A DNA stretch of 64,000 nt from the human T2T-CHM13v2.0 reference genome, Homo sapiens, in NCBI RefSeq assembly GCF_009914755.1, contig NC_060930.1. The stretch is one strand, 5' to 3'. Within the stretch, counting starts at the first letter, position 1, and each line of letters opens with the position of its first letter. The notes beneath the pieces are model-generated. The model did no database searches and had not been told where the DNA came from. It saw nothing but the letters and a program-made list of their open reading frames with translations. Positions 37,197-50,149 of the stretch are shown here, in pieces. The translations under genes and the position numbers were made by a program.

Positions 37197-40100
37197 GGAG
37201 AGGCATCAAAATGGCTGATTAAAAGCCGCTTCAATCCATGCCACTCACAGAAAGGAATAAAAGGAGCAATTGAATTTAGCACCTTCAATTGAAATATCCA
37301 GGTTTTCACATTGGGACTGACTAGGCAAACAGCTCAACCCACGGAGAACGGTGAAAAGCAGAGAGGAGTGACAGCCCACCCAGGAGAGGCATGGAGCCAA
37401 AGGAACCCTCACCCCTAGCCAAGGGAAGTGGTTAGTGATTGTGCAACCCTGCCTGGAAAACCACACTTTTCCCATGGATCTTTACAACCCACAGATCAGG
37501 AGATGCCCTTGTGAGCCCATGCCACCAGGTCCTTGGGTCCAGTACATAGAGCTGGGTAGAGTCTCAACAGAGCAGCTGTTCAGGCACACACAGAGACCCA
37601 GGAGCTTTACATACTTTGGCCCTTGAATCCTTAGCACAATGTGAGAGATTCACCATACATATCCCTAGGAAGAGGGCTGAATCCAGGGAGCCAAGCAGCA
37701 TCATTCTGCAGGCCCCACTTTCATGGCATCTCACAAGTTAAGACCCAGTGACTTGGAATTCCAACCAGCCAACATCAACAGGCTAAAGTCTGCCTGAGTC
37801 AGGACTGAGTTCCCAGGGCCAGGGATGGCTGCCATCTCTGTGGTTCCGTAGACACAGCCATTCTAGCCTGCTAGCTTTAGGGAATACAAACAGTCCAGAT
37901 GAGGAAAAATCCACAACAATGCAGCACAGCTGCCTTGCTAGATCATGGCCAGGCAGCTTATTTAATCAGGACCCTGATCCATTCCTCTTTACTGGGTGAG
38001 ACCTCCCTGCATGAGCTTCAGCCACTCCAGCAAGGGTTCTATGGACAGAGCTCCGATCTCTCCTTGGGATGGAGCTCCTGGGTGAGGGGAAGGCGGGGGC
38101 TGCTGCCATCTCTGCAGTTCAGTAGACTCAGCCATTCCAGCCTGCCAGCTTTGGAGAATACAAATTCAGACAAGGAAGAGCCCCCCACAGTACAGTACAA
38201 CTGCCTTGCCAGACAGTGGCCAGACTGCTTCTTTAAGCAGGACCTCCCTGTGGAAGCTTTAGACACTCCAGCAAGGGTTCTATGAACAAAGCTCTGATCT
38301 CTCCCTGGGATGGAGCTCTCACTGGGAGAGATGACCACCATCTCTGTGGTTCAGTAGACTTAGCCATTTCAGCCTGCCAGCTTGGAAGAATCCAGTCTGA
38401 ATGAGGAAGGATCCCCACAACACAGCACACCTGCTGTACCAAAAAGCAGCCATACTGCTTCTTTAAGTGATTACCGGATCCTGCTCCTCCTGACTGGGTG
38501 AGATCTACCAACACGGGTCTCCAGCTACTTCCTACAGGTATGTTCTGGCTGGCAACAGGTCAGCACCTCCCTGGGACAGAGCTTTCAAGGAAAGAGCAGA
38601 CTGCCATCTTTGCTGTTTTTCTGCCTTCAATGGTGACACCTTCAGGTACGGGAAAAACCAAGGTTACTAGGGTCCAGAGGAGACCTCCAGCAAACTCAAA
38701 AGCCCTGTGGAAGAGGGCCTGACTGTTAAAAAAAAAAAATGAAATAAAACAAGTAAAGCAACAACATCAACACAAAGGACCTCACAAAAACCCCATTCAA
38801 AAGCCAAAAACCTCAAAGATCAAAGGAAGAAAAGCCCACAAAGATGAAAAAGAATCAATGCAAAAATGCTGCAAATTCAGAAAGCCAGTGTGCCTCTTCT
38901 CCTCCAAATGACCAAAACACCTCTCCAGCAAGGGCACAGAACTGAGCTGAAGCTGAGATGGCTGAATTGACAGAAGTAGGCTTCAGAAGGTGGATAATAA
39001 TAAGCTTCACTGAGCTAAAGAAGCATGTTGTAACCCTGTTTAAAGAGGGTAAAAATCATGGTAAAACAATACAGGAGCTGACAATCAGAATAGCCAGTTT
39101 AGAGAGAAACATAACTGACCTGATGGAGCTAAAAAACAGAACACAAGAGCTTCACAATGCAATCACAAATATCAGTAGCAGCATATACCAAAAGGAGGAA
39201 AGAATCTCAGAGCTTAAAGACTATCCTTCTTAAATAAGACAGTCAGACAAGAATAAAAAAAGTAGAATGAAAAAGAGTGAACAAAACCTCTGCAAAATAT
39301 GGTACTATGTAAAGAGACCGAACCTATGACTGATTAGGGTACCTGAAAGAGACAGAATGGAACCATGTTGAAAACATTACTTCAGGATATCAAGGAGAAC
39401 TTGTCCAACCTAGCAAGACAGGCCACCATTCAAATTCAGAAAATGCAGAGAACTCCAGTAAGATACTCCGTGAGAAGATCAACCACAAAACAAATAATTA
39501 TCAGATTCTCCAAGGTCAAAATGAAAGAAAAAATGTTAAGAGTAGCCAGAAAAAAATGCCAGGTCACCTACAAAGGGAAGCTTATAAGTCTTACGTGGAC
39601 CTCTCAGTGGAAACCCTATAAGCCACAAGAGATAGGAGGCCAATATTCAATGATATTAAAGAAGAAAATTTTCAGCCCAGAATTTCATATCTGGCCAAAC
39701 TAAGCTTCATAAATGAAGAAGAAATAAGATACTTTCCCGACAAGCAAATGCTGAGGGAATTAATCACCATGAGGCCTGCCTTGCAAGAGCTCCTGATGGA
39801 AGCACTACATATGGAAAGGATAAACCATTACCAGCCACTAAAAAAACACACAGTGAATCTATGAAGCAACCACATAAACAAGTCTGCATAGTAACCAGCT
39901 AGCACCATGATGACAGGATCAAGTTCACACATAACAATATCAACCTTAAATATAAATGGGCTAAATGGCCAACCTAAAAGACGCAGAGTGGCAAGCTGGA
40001 AAAAGAGTGAAGACCCATTGGTATGCTGTCTTCAAGAGACCCATCTCACATGCAAAGACACAAAGAGGATCAAAATAAAGGGGTGAAGGAAAATTTACCA

Positions 40101-43100
40101 AGCAAATGGAAAACAGAAAAAAGCAGGGGTGTGTGTTAGGCTTTGTGTCCTCACCCAAATCTCATATTGAATTATAATTCCTAGGTTATGAGGGAAGAAA
40201 CTGGTGGGAAGTGTTTGGCTCATAGATGCAGTTTCTCTCATGCCCTTCTTGTGATAGTGAGTGATTTCTCATGACATCTGATTGTTTTATAAGGGGCTCT
40301 TTCTCCTTCACTTCCTCTTTTATGCTGCCATGTGAAGAAGGCCCTTGCTTTCCCTTCACCTTCCACCATGATTGTAAGTTTCCTGAGTCCTCCCCAGCCA
40401 TGTGGAACTGTGAGTTAATTAAATATTTTTCTTTTACAAATTACCCAGGCTCAGGTATGTCTTTATATTAGTGTGTGAAGGAACTAATAGGAAAAAATTG
40501 GTACTAATGTAGTGAGGCACTGCTATGAAGACACCCAAAAATGTGGAAGTGACTTTGTAATTGGGTAACAGGAAGAGGTTAAAAGAGTTTGGAAGAAGAA
40601 GAAGAAGACAGGAAGATGTTGGAAAGTTTGGAACTTCCTAAAGACTTGTTGAATGGTTTTGACCAAAATACTGATAGTGACATGGACAATGAAGTTTATG
40701 CTAAGGAGGTCTCAGAGGGAAATGAGATACTTATTGGGAACTGGAGCAAAGGTCACTCTTGCTATGCTTTAGCAAAGAGACTGGCAGCATTTTGCCCCTG
40801 CCCTAGAGATCGGTGGAACTTTGAACTTGAGAGAGATGATTTGAAATTGGAACTTATGTATAATAGGGAAGCAGAGCATACAAGTTTAAAACATTTGCAA
40901 CCTAATGATGTGGTAGAAAAGAAAAATCTATTTTCTGGGAAGAAATTCAAACTGACTGCAGAAATTTGCATAAGTAATGAGGAGCCAAATGTGAATCACC
41001 AAGAAAATGGGGCAAATGTCTCCTGTGCATGTCGGAGACCTTTGCAACAGCTCCCTGATCTCAGGCCTGGAGGCCTACTAGGGAAAAATACTTTTGTGGC
41101 AGGGTTCAGGGCCCCCCAGTGTGTGCAGTCTTGGGACTTGGTCCCCTGTGACGCAGCCACCACAGCCATGGCTAAAAGGGGCCAAGGTATAGCTCAGGCC
41201 ATTGCTTCAGAGGGTACAAGCCCCAAGCCTTGGAGCTTCCACATGGTGTTTGTCTAGGTATGCAGAAGACAAGAATTGAGGTTTGGGAACTACCGCCTAG
41301 ATTTCAGAGGATGTATGAAAATTCTTGAATGTCCAGTCAAAGGTTGCTGTATGGGTGGAGCTTTCATGTAGAATCTCTGCTAGGGCAGTGCACAAGGGAA
41401 ATGTGGGGTTAGAGCTCCCATACAGAGTCCCCACTAGACCACTGCCTTGGAGAGCTATGTAAAGAGGACCACCATCCTTCAGACACCAGAACGATAGATC
41501 CACTGAGAGGTTGCATTAGGCACTTGGAAAAGCTGCAGAAATTTACCACCCGCCATGAAAGCAGCAGGGACAGGGGGGTGTATCCTCAAAAGACAAAGGA
41601 ACAGAGCTACCCAAGGCTATAGGAACCCACCTCTTACGTCAGTGTGACCTGAATGTGAGACATGGAGTCAAAGGAGATTATTTCAGAGCTTTAAGATTTA
41701 ATGACTGCCCCACTGGATTTCGAACTTGGATGGGGCCTGAAGCCCCTTTGTTTTGGCCAATTTCTTCCATTTGGAGTGGGAGCATTTATACAATACCTGT
41801 ACCACCATAGTATTTTGGAAGTAGCTTTTAATTTTACAGGCTGCTAGGTGGGAGTGGCTTACCTTGACTCAGATGGGACTTCGGACTTGGACTTTTGGGT
41901 TAAAGCTGTAGTGAATTAAGACTTTGAGGGACTGTTAGGAAGGCATGATTGGTTTTCAAATGTGGAAGGGACATGAGACATGGGAGGGGCCATGGGCAGA
42001 ATGATATGGTTAGACTTTGTACTCCCACCCAAGTCTCATCTTGAATTGTAATCCCCAGTTGTTGAGGGAAGAATCTGGTGAGAGGTGATTGGATTATGGG
42101 TACAGTTTTCCCCTATACTGTTCTCATGATAGTGAGAGAATTCTCATGAGATCTGATAGTTTTATAAGGGGCTATTCCCCCTTTGCTTTCTCTTCTCTCT
42201 TCTGACATCATGTGAAGAAGATCCTTGCTTCCCCTTCACCTTCCACCATGATTGTAAGTTTCCTGAGGACTCCACAGCTATGCAGAAGTCTGAGTCAATT
42301 AAACCTCTTTGCTTTAGAAATTACCCAGTCTCAGGTATGTCTTTATAGCAGTGTGAGAATGGACTAATACAGGTTGCAATCCTTATTTCTGACAAAACAA
42401 ACTTTAAACCAACGAAGATTTTTTTAAAAAAGAAAGGCATTACGTAATGGTAAAGGGTTCAATTCAATAAGAAGAGTTAACTATCTTAAAAATACATGCA
42501 AGCAATACAGGAGCACCCAGATTCATAAAGGAAGTTCTTAGAGACCTTCAAAAAGACTTAGACTCCCACACAATAATAGTGGAAGACTACAACAACCCAC
42601 TGACAATGTTAGACAGATCAAGACAGAAAACTAACAAAGATATTCAGGAACTGAACTCAGCTATGAATCGAGTAGACCTGATAGATATCTACAGAACTCT
42701 CCATGCCAAAACAACACATCATCTCATAGCCACATGGCACTTACTGTAAAATTGATCGTGTAATCAGAAGTAAAACACTGCTCAGCAAATGCAAAGTAAC
42801 TTGATTCATAACAGTCTCTCAGACCACAGTACAATCAAATTAAAACTCAAGATTAAGAAACTCACTCAATACTACACAATTACATTGAAATTAGAAACCT
42901 GCTTCTGAATGATTCTTGAGTAAATAATGAAATTAATACAGAAATCAGTAAGTTCTCAAAAACTAATGAGAACAAAGAGACAATGTACCAGAATCTTTGG
43001 GACACAGCTATAGCAAAGTTAAGAGGGAATTTTATAGCGCTAAATGCCCACATCAAAAAGCTAAAAATATCTCAAGTTAAATACCTAACATCTCAACTAA

Positions 43101-45888
43101 AAGAACTAGAGAACCAAGCACAGACAAACCCCAAGGCTAGCAGAAGACAAACAATAACCAAGATCAGAGCTGAACTGTAGGAACTAAGACTCAAAAAATC
43201 AATGAATCTAATAGTTTTTTAAATAATAAAATAGATACACTGCTATCTAGAATAATGAAGAAGAAAAGAGAGAAGATTCAAATAAACACAATCAGAAATG
43301 ATAAGGGGTATATCATCACTTACCCCACAAAAATACAAACAGCCATCAGAGAATACTGTAAACACCTCTATACATATATAACTTAGAAAATCTAGAAGAC
43401 ATTGATAAATTCCTGGACACATATCCCCTCCCAACACTGAATCAGGAAGAAATTAAATCCCTGAATACACCAATAATGAGTTCTCAAACTGAGGGAGCAA
43501 TATATAGCCTATCTACCAAATAAATGCCCAGGACCAGGTGGATTTATAGCTGAATTCTACCAGAGGTGCAAAGAAGAGCTGGCACCTTTTCTACTGAAAC
43601 TATTCCAAAAAATTGAAAAGGAGGGATTCCTCCCTAACTCATTCTATGAGGCAGGCCAGCATCATTCTGATACCAAAACCTGGCAGAGATACAACAAAAA
43701 AAGAAAACTTAATGCCAATATCCTTTATAAACATCAATGGAAAGATCCTCAATAAAATACTGGCAAACCAAATACAGCAGGACATTAAAAAGCTTATCTA
43801 CCAAGATCAAGTTGTCTTCATCCCACTCCTCAGGAAGAAAGGTTGGTTCAACATACACATATCAATAAATGTGATTCATCACATAAACAGGACTAAAGGC
43901 AAAAAACACATGATTATCTCAATAGATGCAGAAAAGCCCTTTGATAAAATTCAACATACCTTCATGTTAAAAAGTCTTAATAAACTAGGTTTTGAAGGAA
44001 CATACCTCAAAATAATAAGAGCCATATATGACAAACCCACATCATACTGAATGGACAAAAGCTGGAAACATTCCCCTTGAAAACTGGCACAAGACAAGGA
44101 TGCCCTCTCTCACCACTCCTATTTGAGGGAGTATTAAAAGTTATGGCCAGGGCAATCAGGCAAGAGAAAGAAATAAAGCATATTCAAATAGAAAGAAAGA
44201 AATTCAAAGTATCTGTTTGTAGATGACATAATACTATACCTGGAAAACCCCATTCTCTCAGCCCAAAACCTTCTTAAGCTGATAAGAAACTTCAGCAAAC
44301 TCTCAGGATACAAAATCAGTATGCAAAAATCACTTGCATTTCTATACACCAACAACAGGCAAGCAGAGAGCCAAATCATAAATGAACTCTCTTTCACAAT
44401 TCCTACAAAAAGAATGCAATACCTAGGAATACTGCTAACAAGGGAAGTGAAGGATCTCTTCAAAGAGAACAACAAACCACTGCTCAAAGAAATCAGTGAG
44501 GACAAAATCAAGTGGAAAAACATTCCATGCTCATGGATAGGAAGAACTAGTATCATGAAAATGGCCATACTGCCCAAAGCAATTTGTAGATTGATTGCTA
44601 TTGCCATTATACTACCACTGACATTCATCACAGAATTAGAAAAAAACTATTTTAGAGTTCATAGCTAACCAAAAAAGAGCCTGAATAGCCAAGGCAATCC
44701 TAAGCAAAAGAATAAAGCTGGAAGCATTATACTAACCATCTTTAAACTATCCTACAAGGTTACAGTAACCAAAAAGGATGCTACTGGACCAATGGAACAG
44801 AATAGACAACTCAGAAATAAGACTGCACACTTAAAACCACTGGATCTTTGACAAACCTGACAAAAAAACAAGCAACAGGGAGAGGATTCTGTTTTTAATA
44901 AATGGTGCTGGGAGAACTGGGTAGCCATATGCATAGAGTTGAAACTGGACCCCTTCCTTACACAAATACAAAAATTAACTCAAGATTGATTAAAGACTTG
45001 AATGTAAAACCCAAAATTATAAAAACCCTAGAAGAAAATGTAGGCACTACCATTCAGGACATAGGCATGGGCAAATATTTCATGATTAAAATGCCAAAAG
45101 CAATTGCAACAAAAGTAAAAACTGACAAATGGTCGGAAGATCTTCAGCACAGGAAAGGAAACTATTACCAGAGTGACCAGACAACCTAAAAAATGGGAGA
45201 AAGGTTTATAATCTTTCCACATGACAAACATCTAATTTCCAGAATCTACAAGGAACATAAACAAATTTACAAGAAAAAAACAAACGACCCAATTAAAAAG
45301 TGGGCAAAGGACATGAACAGACAATTCTCAAAAGAAAACATACATGCAGCCAACAAACTTAGGAAAAAAAGCTCAACACTATTGATCATTAGAGAAATGC
45401 AAATCAAAACCACAATGAGATACTATCACACCAGTCAGAATGACAGTTATTAAAAAGTCCAGAAACAACAGATGCTGTCAAGCCTGTGGAGGAAAAGGAA
45501 CACTTACACATTGTTGGTGTAAGATAGTTCAACCATTGTGGAAGACAGTGTGGTGATTATTCAAAGACCTAGAGGCAGAAATACCATTTGACCCAGCAAT
45601 ACCATTACTGGGTATATACTCAAAGGAATATAAATAATTATATTATAAAGATACATGCATACATATGTTAATTGCAACACTATGCAATGACATGGAATCA
45701 ACCCAAATGCCCATCAAAGATAGGCAGAATAAAGAAAATGTGGTACATATACAACATGGAATACATCATGCAATCATATAAAGTAATGAGATCTTGTCCT
45801 TTACAGGGACAAGGATGGAGCTGGAAGCTAATATCCTCAGCAAACTAATACAGGATGAGAAAACCAAACAGCCATATGTTCTCACTTA
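37197..45888 (+). mobile_element. Near full-length primate L1PA (about L1PA13-type), 3' UTR lost
   Basis: 5' UTR with tandem units; ORF1 (MAELTEVGFRRW...); ORF2 ([30 protein letters not shown]). Confidence 0.92.
40130..42371 (+). mobile_element. THE1 (THE1D-like) MaLR provirus: LTR 40130-40491, internal region, LTR 42002-42371
   Basis: Two LTRs (3' LTR tgatatggtt...ggactaataca), polypurine tract gggaggggcc before the 3' LTR, internal gag-like frame 40589-41257; splits L1 EN text gcagggg|ttgcaatcc. Confidence 0.93.
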
Positions 45889-46273
45889 GTAGTGGTACAG
45901 CCACTTTGGGAAAACGTTTGGTAGTTTTTAAAAAGTTAAATATACATGCATTATATAATCTAGTCTTTCTACCCTTAGGTATTTATCCAAGATATAAGAC
46001 AACACACCTGTACAAAAACTTGTGCATGAATGTTCATAGCAGCTTTATTGTAATAGCAAAAAAATGAAAAAAAAAAAGTCAAATTTTCATCTATAGGTTA
46101 ATGAATAAACAAATTTTGACATATCCACATACTGGGATATTTCTTAGAAATATAAACGAATGAACTATTTGAACATGCAGAAACATTGGTGAATTTCAAA
46201 ATAATTATGCAGATTTAAGCAGACAGACAAAAATATGATGTAAAATCTCACTTACATAAAATTTTAAAACACA

Positions 46274-46550
46274 CAGTGCTTTGGGAGGCTGAGGAGAGAG
46301 GATCACTTGAGGTTCATAGTTGCAGACCAGCCTGGGCAACATAGCGAGAACCTGTCTCTAAAAATTTTTGTTTGTTTTAATTATCCCAGCAGGGTAGTGT
46401 GTACTTATAGTCCTAGTGATTTGGTAGGCTAAGGTGGGAGGATGCCTTGAGTCTAAGAGTTCGAGGTTTTAGTGAACTATGATCACACCATTGCTATGAA
46501 GCCTGGATGACAAAATGAGACACTGCCTCTGAAATATAAAATAAATAAAT
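46274..46550 (+). mobile_element. AluJ (5'-truncated)
   Basis: ctttgggaggctgagg...accagcctgggcaacatag...aaataaataaat. Confidence 0.88.
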
Positions 46551-46809
46551 ATTTTTAAAGTGCAAATTAATCTATTGTAACAGAAACAGATCAGTAGTTT
46601 CTTGGAGGCAGAGGAGTTGTCTGGTATGAGATGAGAGGGTGGGGTTATAAAGGGATTGAAAGCCTTTGGGGGTAATGTAGATATTTATATTAAGTATAAT
46701 GTTACATGGATATGTATTTGTGTTAAAACGTATCAAAGTATAAGTTTTGAATGCAAATATTTATTGACTATAAATCATAAGCCATTAAAAATAAACTTTT
46801 ATATTTATA

Positions 46810-46938
46810 TTTTCAACTAATTTTAAAGCTTTGTCAAACATTGCTAATTTGAAAGTGTCCCATCAAAAGTTTGACAGGTGTGGGTTCTGTCATATTGTTT
46901 TGGGTTAACATAACTACTTTAAAGCTATTTTTCATCAT
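46810..46938 (-). pseudogene. Exon-like block abutting the L1 3' end
   Basis: Acceptor tatctcttaatag|; RTHTCQTFDGTLSN*QCLTKL (RGS helix 1-3-like). Confidence 0.35.
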
Positions 46939-47614
46939 CTATTAAGAGATACATTGAACTGTGGATGATTCCTAATATAATGTTTATATGTGTAATTATG
47001 GTGATCAATAATTATACTAATAGGTATCTTGTGATTAAATAGTCATATTTAGATTTGGGAAAGTATGACAGTGGTGCGTAGGAGGGATCAATCTAATTTA
47101 CAAGAGGGAGATCTGTTTTCATAATATTGAAGGAGGGAAAATTCTTTCTGTCAAAAGGTTAAGAAAATGTATCAAGGTCAATATTGTGAGTAAGTGAATA
47201 AACCCATAAAGGGTAATAAGCATCCTGAGTAAAGATACAGCAACAAATATGAAAATGTGGATTAAAAAAGAAAAATATATATGTATATATGTGTGTGTGT
47301 GTGTGTAAATATATACATATGTATACATATATACAAAGACAATTTAAATCTGATTGCTATGGACATTATTCTGCTTAATCCTACTAATATGGTAAATATA
47401 GATTATGTTGGAACCCACCCCAATTCTATTTTTAACAAATTATGTCAATTTTTAATATAATTTTTGTATAATTATCATTTTAAAATTACTAATGTATTAT
47501 AGAGCAATATATGAATATATGGACACACTCAAACATTTCTAAAACATTCAAAAATTAGGCATAAAGAGTCACCTACAAAGATTCCATTGACTCCTCCCTC
47601 TCTATTCACTTTCT

Positions 47615-47977
47615 TATTTTTTTCCTTTTTGTGTGTGTTTGTGTGTGGTGAACACTTAACATGAATTTTACCTTGAACAAATTTTTAAGGACAGAATAAA
47701 GTATTATTAAAAATAGGCACAATGTTGCATAGCAGTTCCCTCAAAATTATCCTGAGACCTCATATCTCTTGAACAGCAACTACCCTGGCAACCACCATTC
47801 TACTCTCCATTTCTATGAGTTTGACTACTTTTGACACGTCATGTTAAGTGAAATCATGCAGTATTTGTCCTGTGACTGGCTTCTTTCACTTACCGTAATA
47901 TACTTACTATTCATCCATATTGTTCCATATGCCAGAATGTCCTTCTTTTTGAAAGCTGAGTATTTCGAGTATTTCAT

Positions 47978-48022
<45 letters not shown>

Positions 48023-49710
48023 GCCACATTTTCTTTATCCATTAATTCCTCAGGTGACATTTGTCTTGAATCCTTAACATGGCTATTGTAAATAATGCTT
48101 CAGTGAACATAGGGTGCAAATATCTTTTAAAATCATGCTTTAGTCCCTTTGAATATATACCCAGAAGTGATACTGCTATATGATAAATGAAAATACATCC
48201 CATTTTCATGGATTAGACTGCTTAATATTGTTAAAATATTCATACTTCAAAAATCAATCTACAGATTTTATATAATTCTTGTCAAAATTCAAATGACATT
48301 TTTCACAGAAATAGAAAACAATCTTAAAAGTTGTATGGAGCTATGGAACACATTGAATAACCAAAGCAGTTTTGATTAAAACAATAACAAAGCTGTAGAC
48401 ATCACGATTTCTGGTTTCAAAATATATCACAAAGTTACAGTAATTAAAAGAGTATTGCATTGACAATTACTAACAGACATAGAAAACAGACATAAAAGAC
48501 ATATGAAATGGACAATGGAATAGAATAGAAACCCAGAAACATACCCACAGATACATGGTCAACTGATCTTCAACAAGGATTCCAAGAATAAACAATGGGG
48601 AAAAGACAGTCTCTTCAGTAAATGGCATTAGGAAAACAGAATATCCATATGTATATAAATAAAATTACAACCTTATATTCCATACACAAAAAGAACTCAA
48701 AATGTAAAACCTGAAACTGTTAAACTTGTAGAATAAAACACAGAGGAAAAGCTTCATGATGTTTCTCTTAAGTCCATTTAATGTTGCATAAAAGAATACC
48801 TGAGGCTGGGTAATTTCTAAAGAAAATAGGTTTATTTGGCACAAGATTCTGATGGTTGGAAAGTTCAAAAGTGGGCATCTGCATTTGGTGAGAGCCTCAG
48901 GCTGCTTCCAGTCATGGCAGACAGCAAAGGGGACCTGGCCTGTGCAGAGATCACATGGGAAGACAGGAGGAAAGAGAGAGAGAGGGAAAAGGTGCTGGGC
49001 TCTTTTAAACAACCAGCTCTTATGGGAACTAATAAAGTGAGGAAACACTCACCCCTGAGAGAGAACTAGTCTATTCATGAAAAATCTGCCCCCATGACCC
49101 AAACATGTCCCGTTAGACCCCATCTTCAACCTTAAGGATCAAATTTTAACATGAGGTTTGAGGGGACAAACATCCAAACCACAGCAACATTGGTCTAGGC
49201 AATGATTTCTTGGATACGACATGAAAAGAGCAAGCAACAAATGAGAAAATAGACAAATGGGATAAATCTGCACAGCAAATAAAACAATTGGAATAAAAAG
49301 GCAACCTAAAGAATGGGAAAAAATATTTGCCAACCATATGTTTGAAATATAAAAAACTATGTAACTCAAAAGCAATAAAACAATCTAATTAAAAATGGGC
49401 AAAAGATTTGAATAGATATTTCTTCAGAGAAGACATACAAATAGCCAACAGGTATATGAAAAGATATACAACATCACTAATCATCAGCATAATGCAAATG
49501 AAAACCACAATGAAATATCACCTCACATCTGTTAGGATGGTTATTATAAACAGACAAACTAAACAAAACAGAAAAAAGTTAAGTGTTGGTGATGATGTAG
49601 AGAAACTGCAACTCTTGTAAACTGTTTGTGGACATGTAAAATGTTACCTCAGCTATGGAAAACAAAATGGAGGTGACTCAAAAAATTACAGCTGGAACTT
49701 CCATATAATC
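47615..49710 (-). mobile_element. 5'-inverted (twin-primed) L1MA9-like element
   Basis: Antisense 3' UTR 47615-48182 joined to sense ORF2 48183-49710; both pieces end at the same L1 consensus position (ccatatgatcc). Confidence 0.8.
48764..49186 (-). mobile_element. MSTB-like solo LTR
   Basis: cttaagtccattt...catccaaaccacagca; TSD atgtt/acatt. Confidence 0.9.
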
Positions 49711-49880
49711 GTACTGTTTTTGATACATTAATATGGAATTATGTCACTTTCATTTTATAGAATATAGAGCCAAGCATTCTCAACGAATAATTGTATGATT
49801 TTAATCAAATCCTGTTTAAAAGGCATTTTAAGTATACTGTGATTTATGTATTTCTGAATTACATGTACTCTCGATAAAAG

Positions 49881-50130
49881 GCTGGACTTTAGAGCCAGCT
49901 AGACTTGGGTTCATTATAGCTCCACTCCTGTTAACCAGGTGTACTACCTTAGACAATTTACTTAACCTCTTTTGTCTCCAATTTTCTCAGTGTAAAATAA
50001 TAACAGTAATAGTACCTATATCTTAAGCTTACTATGAGAATTAAATATGTTAATGCTTACGAAGAGCTTTTATAGTACCTGGCCCATAACAAGCACTATA
50101 TAAATGTTTGTTGTTATTCTTATCATTATT
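49881..50130 (+). mobile_element. MIR (near full length)
   Basis: gacttgggttc...accttagacaatttacttaacctct...atgagaattaaat...agtacctggcccata. Confidence 0.88.
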
Positions 50131-50149
50131 CTCATAACAATACACCATT

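Larger units (their letters stand above)
33618..46795 (+). mobile_element. Old LINE-1 (L1MD/L1ME-type) hosting Tigger3, Alus and an L1PA
   Basis: 5' UTR at 33.6k, ORF1 remnant near 34.5k, ORF2 35.4-37.2k; 3' UTR resumes at 45890-46795. Confidence 0.8.

Noticed and set aside
40589-41257. Longest ORF (222 aa) as a functional gene
   Set aside because: Lies in the THE1 internal region and begins at TTG; most likely a neutrally decaying gag-like remnant.
38958-45453. L1 ORF1/ORF2 fragments as an active L1
   Set aside because: Multiple stops and frameshifts, a THE1 insertion in the endonuclease domain and no 3' end.
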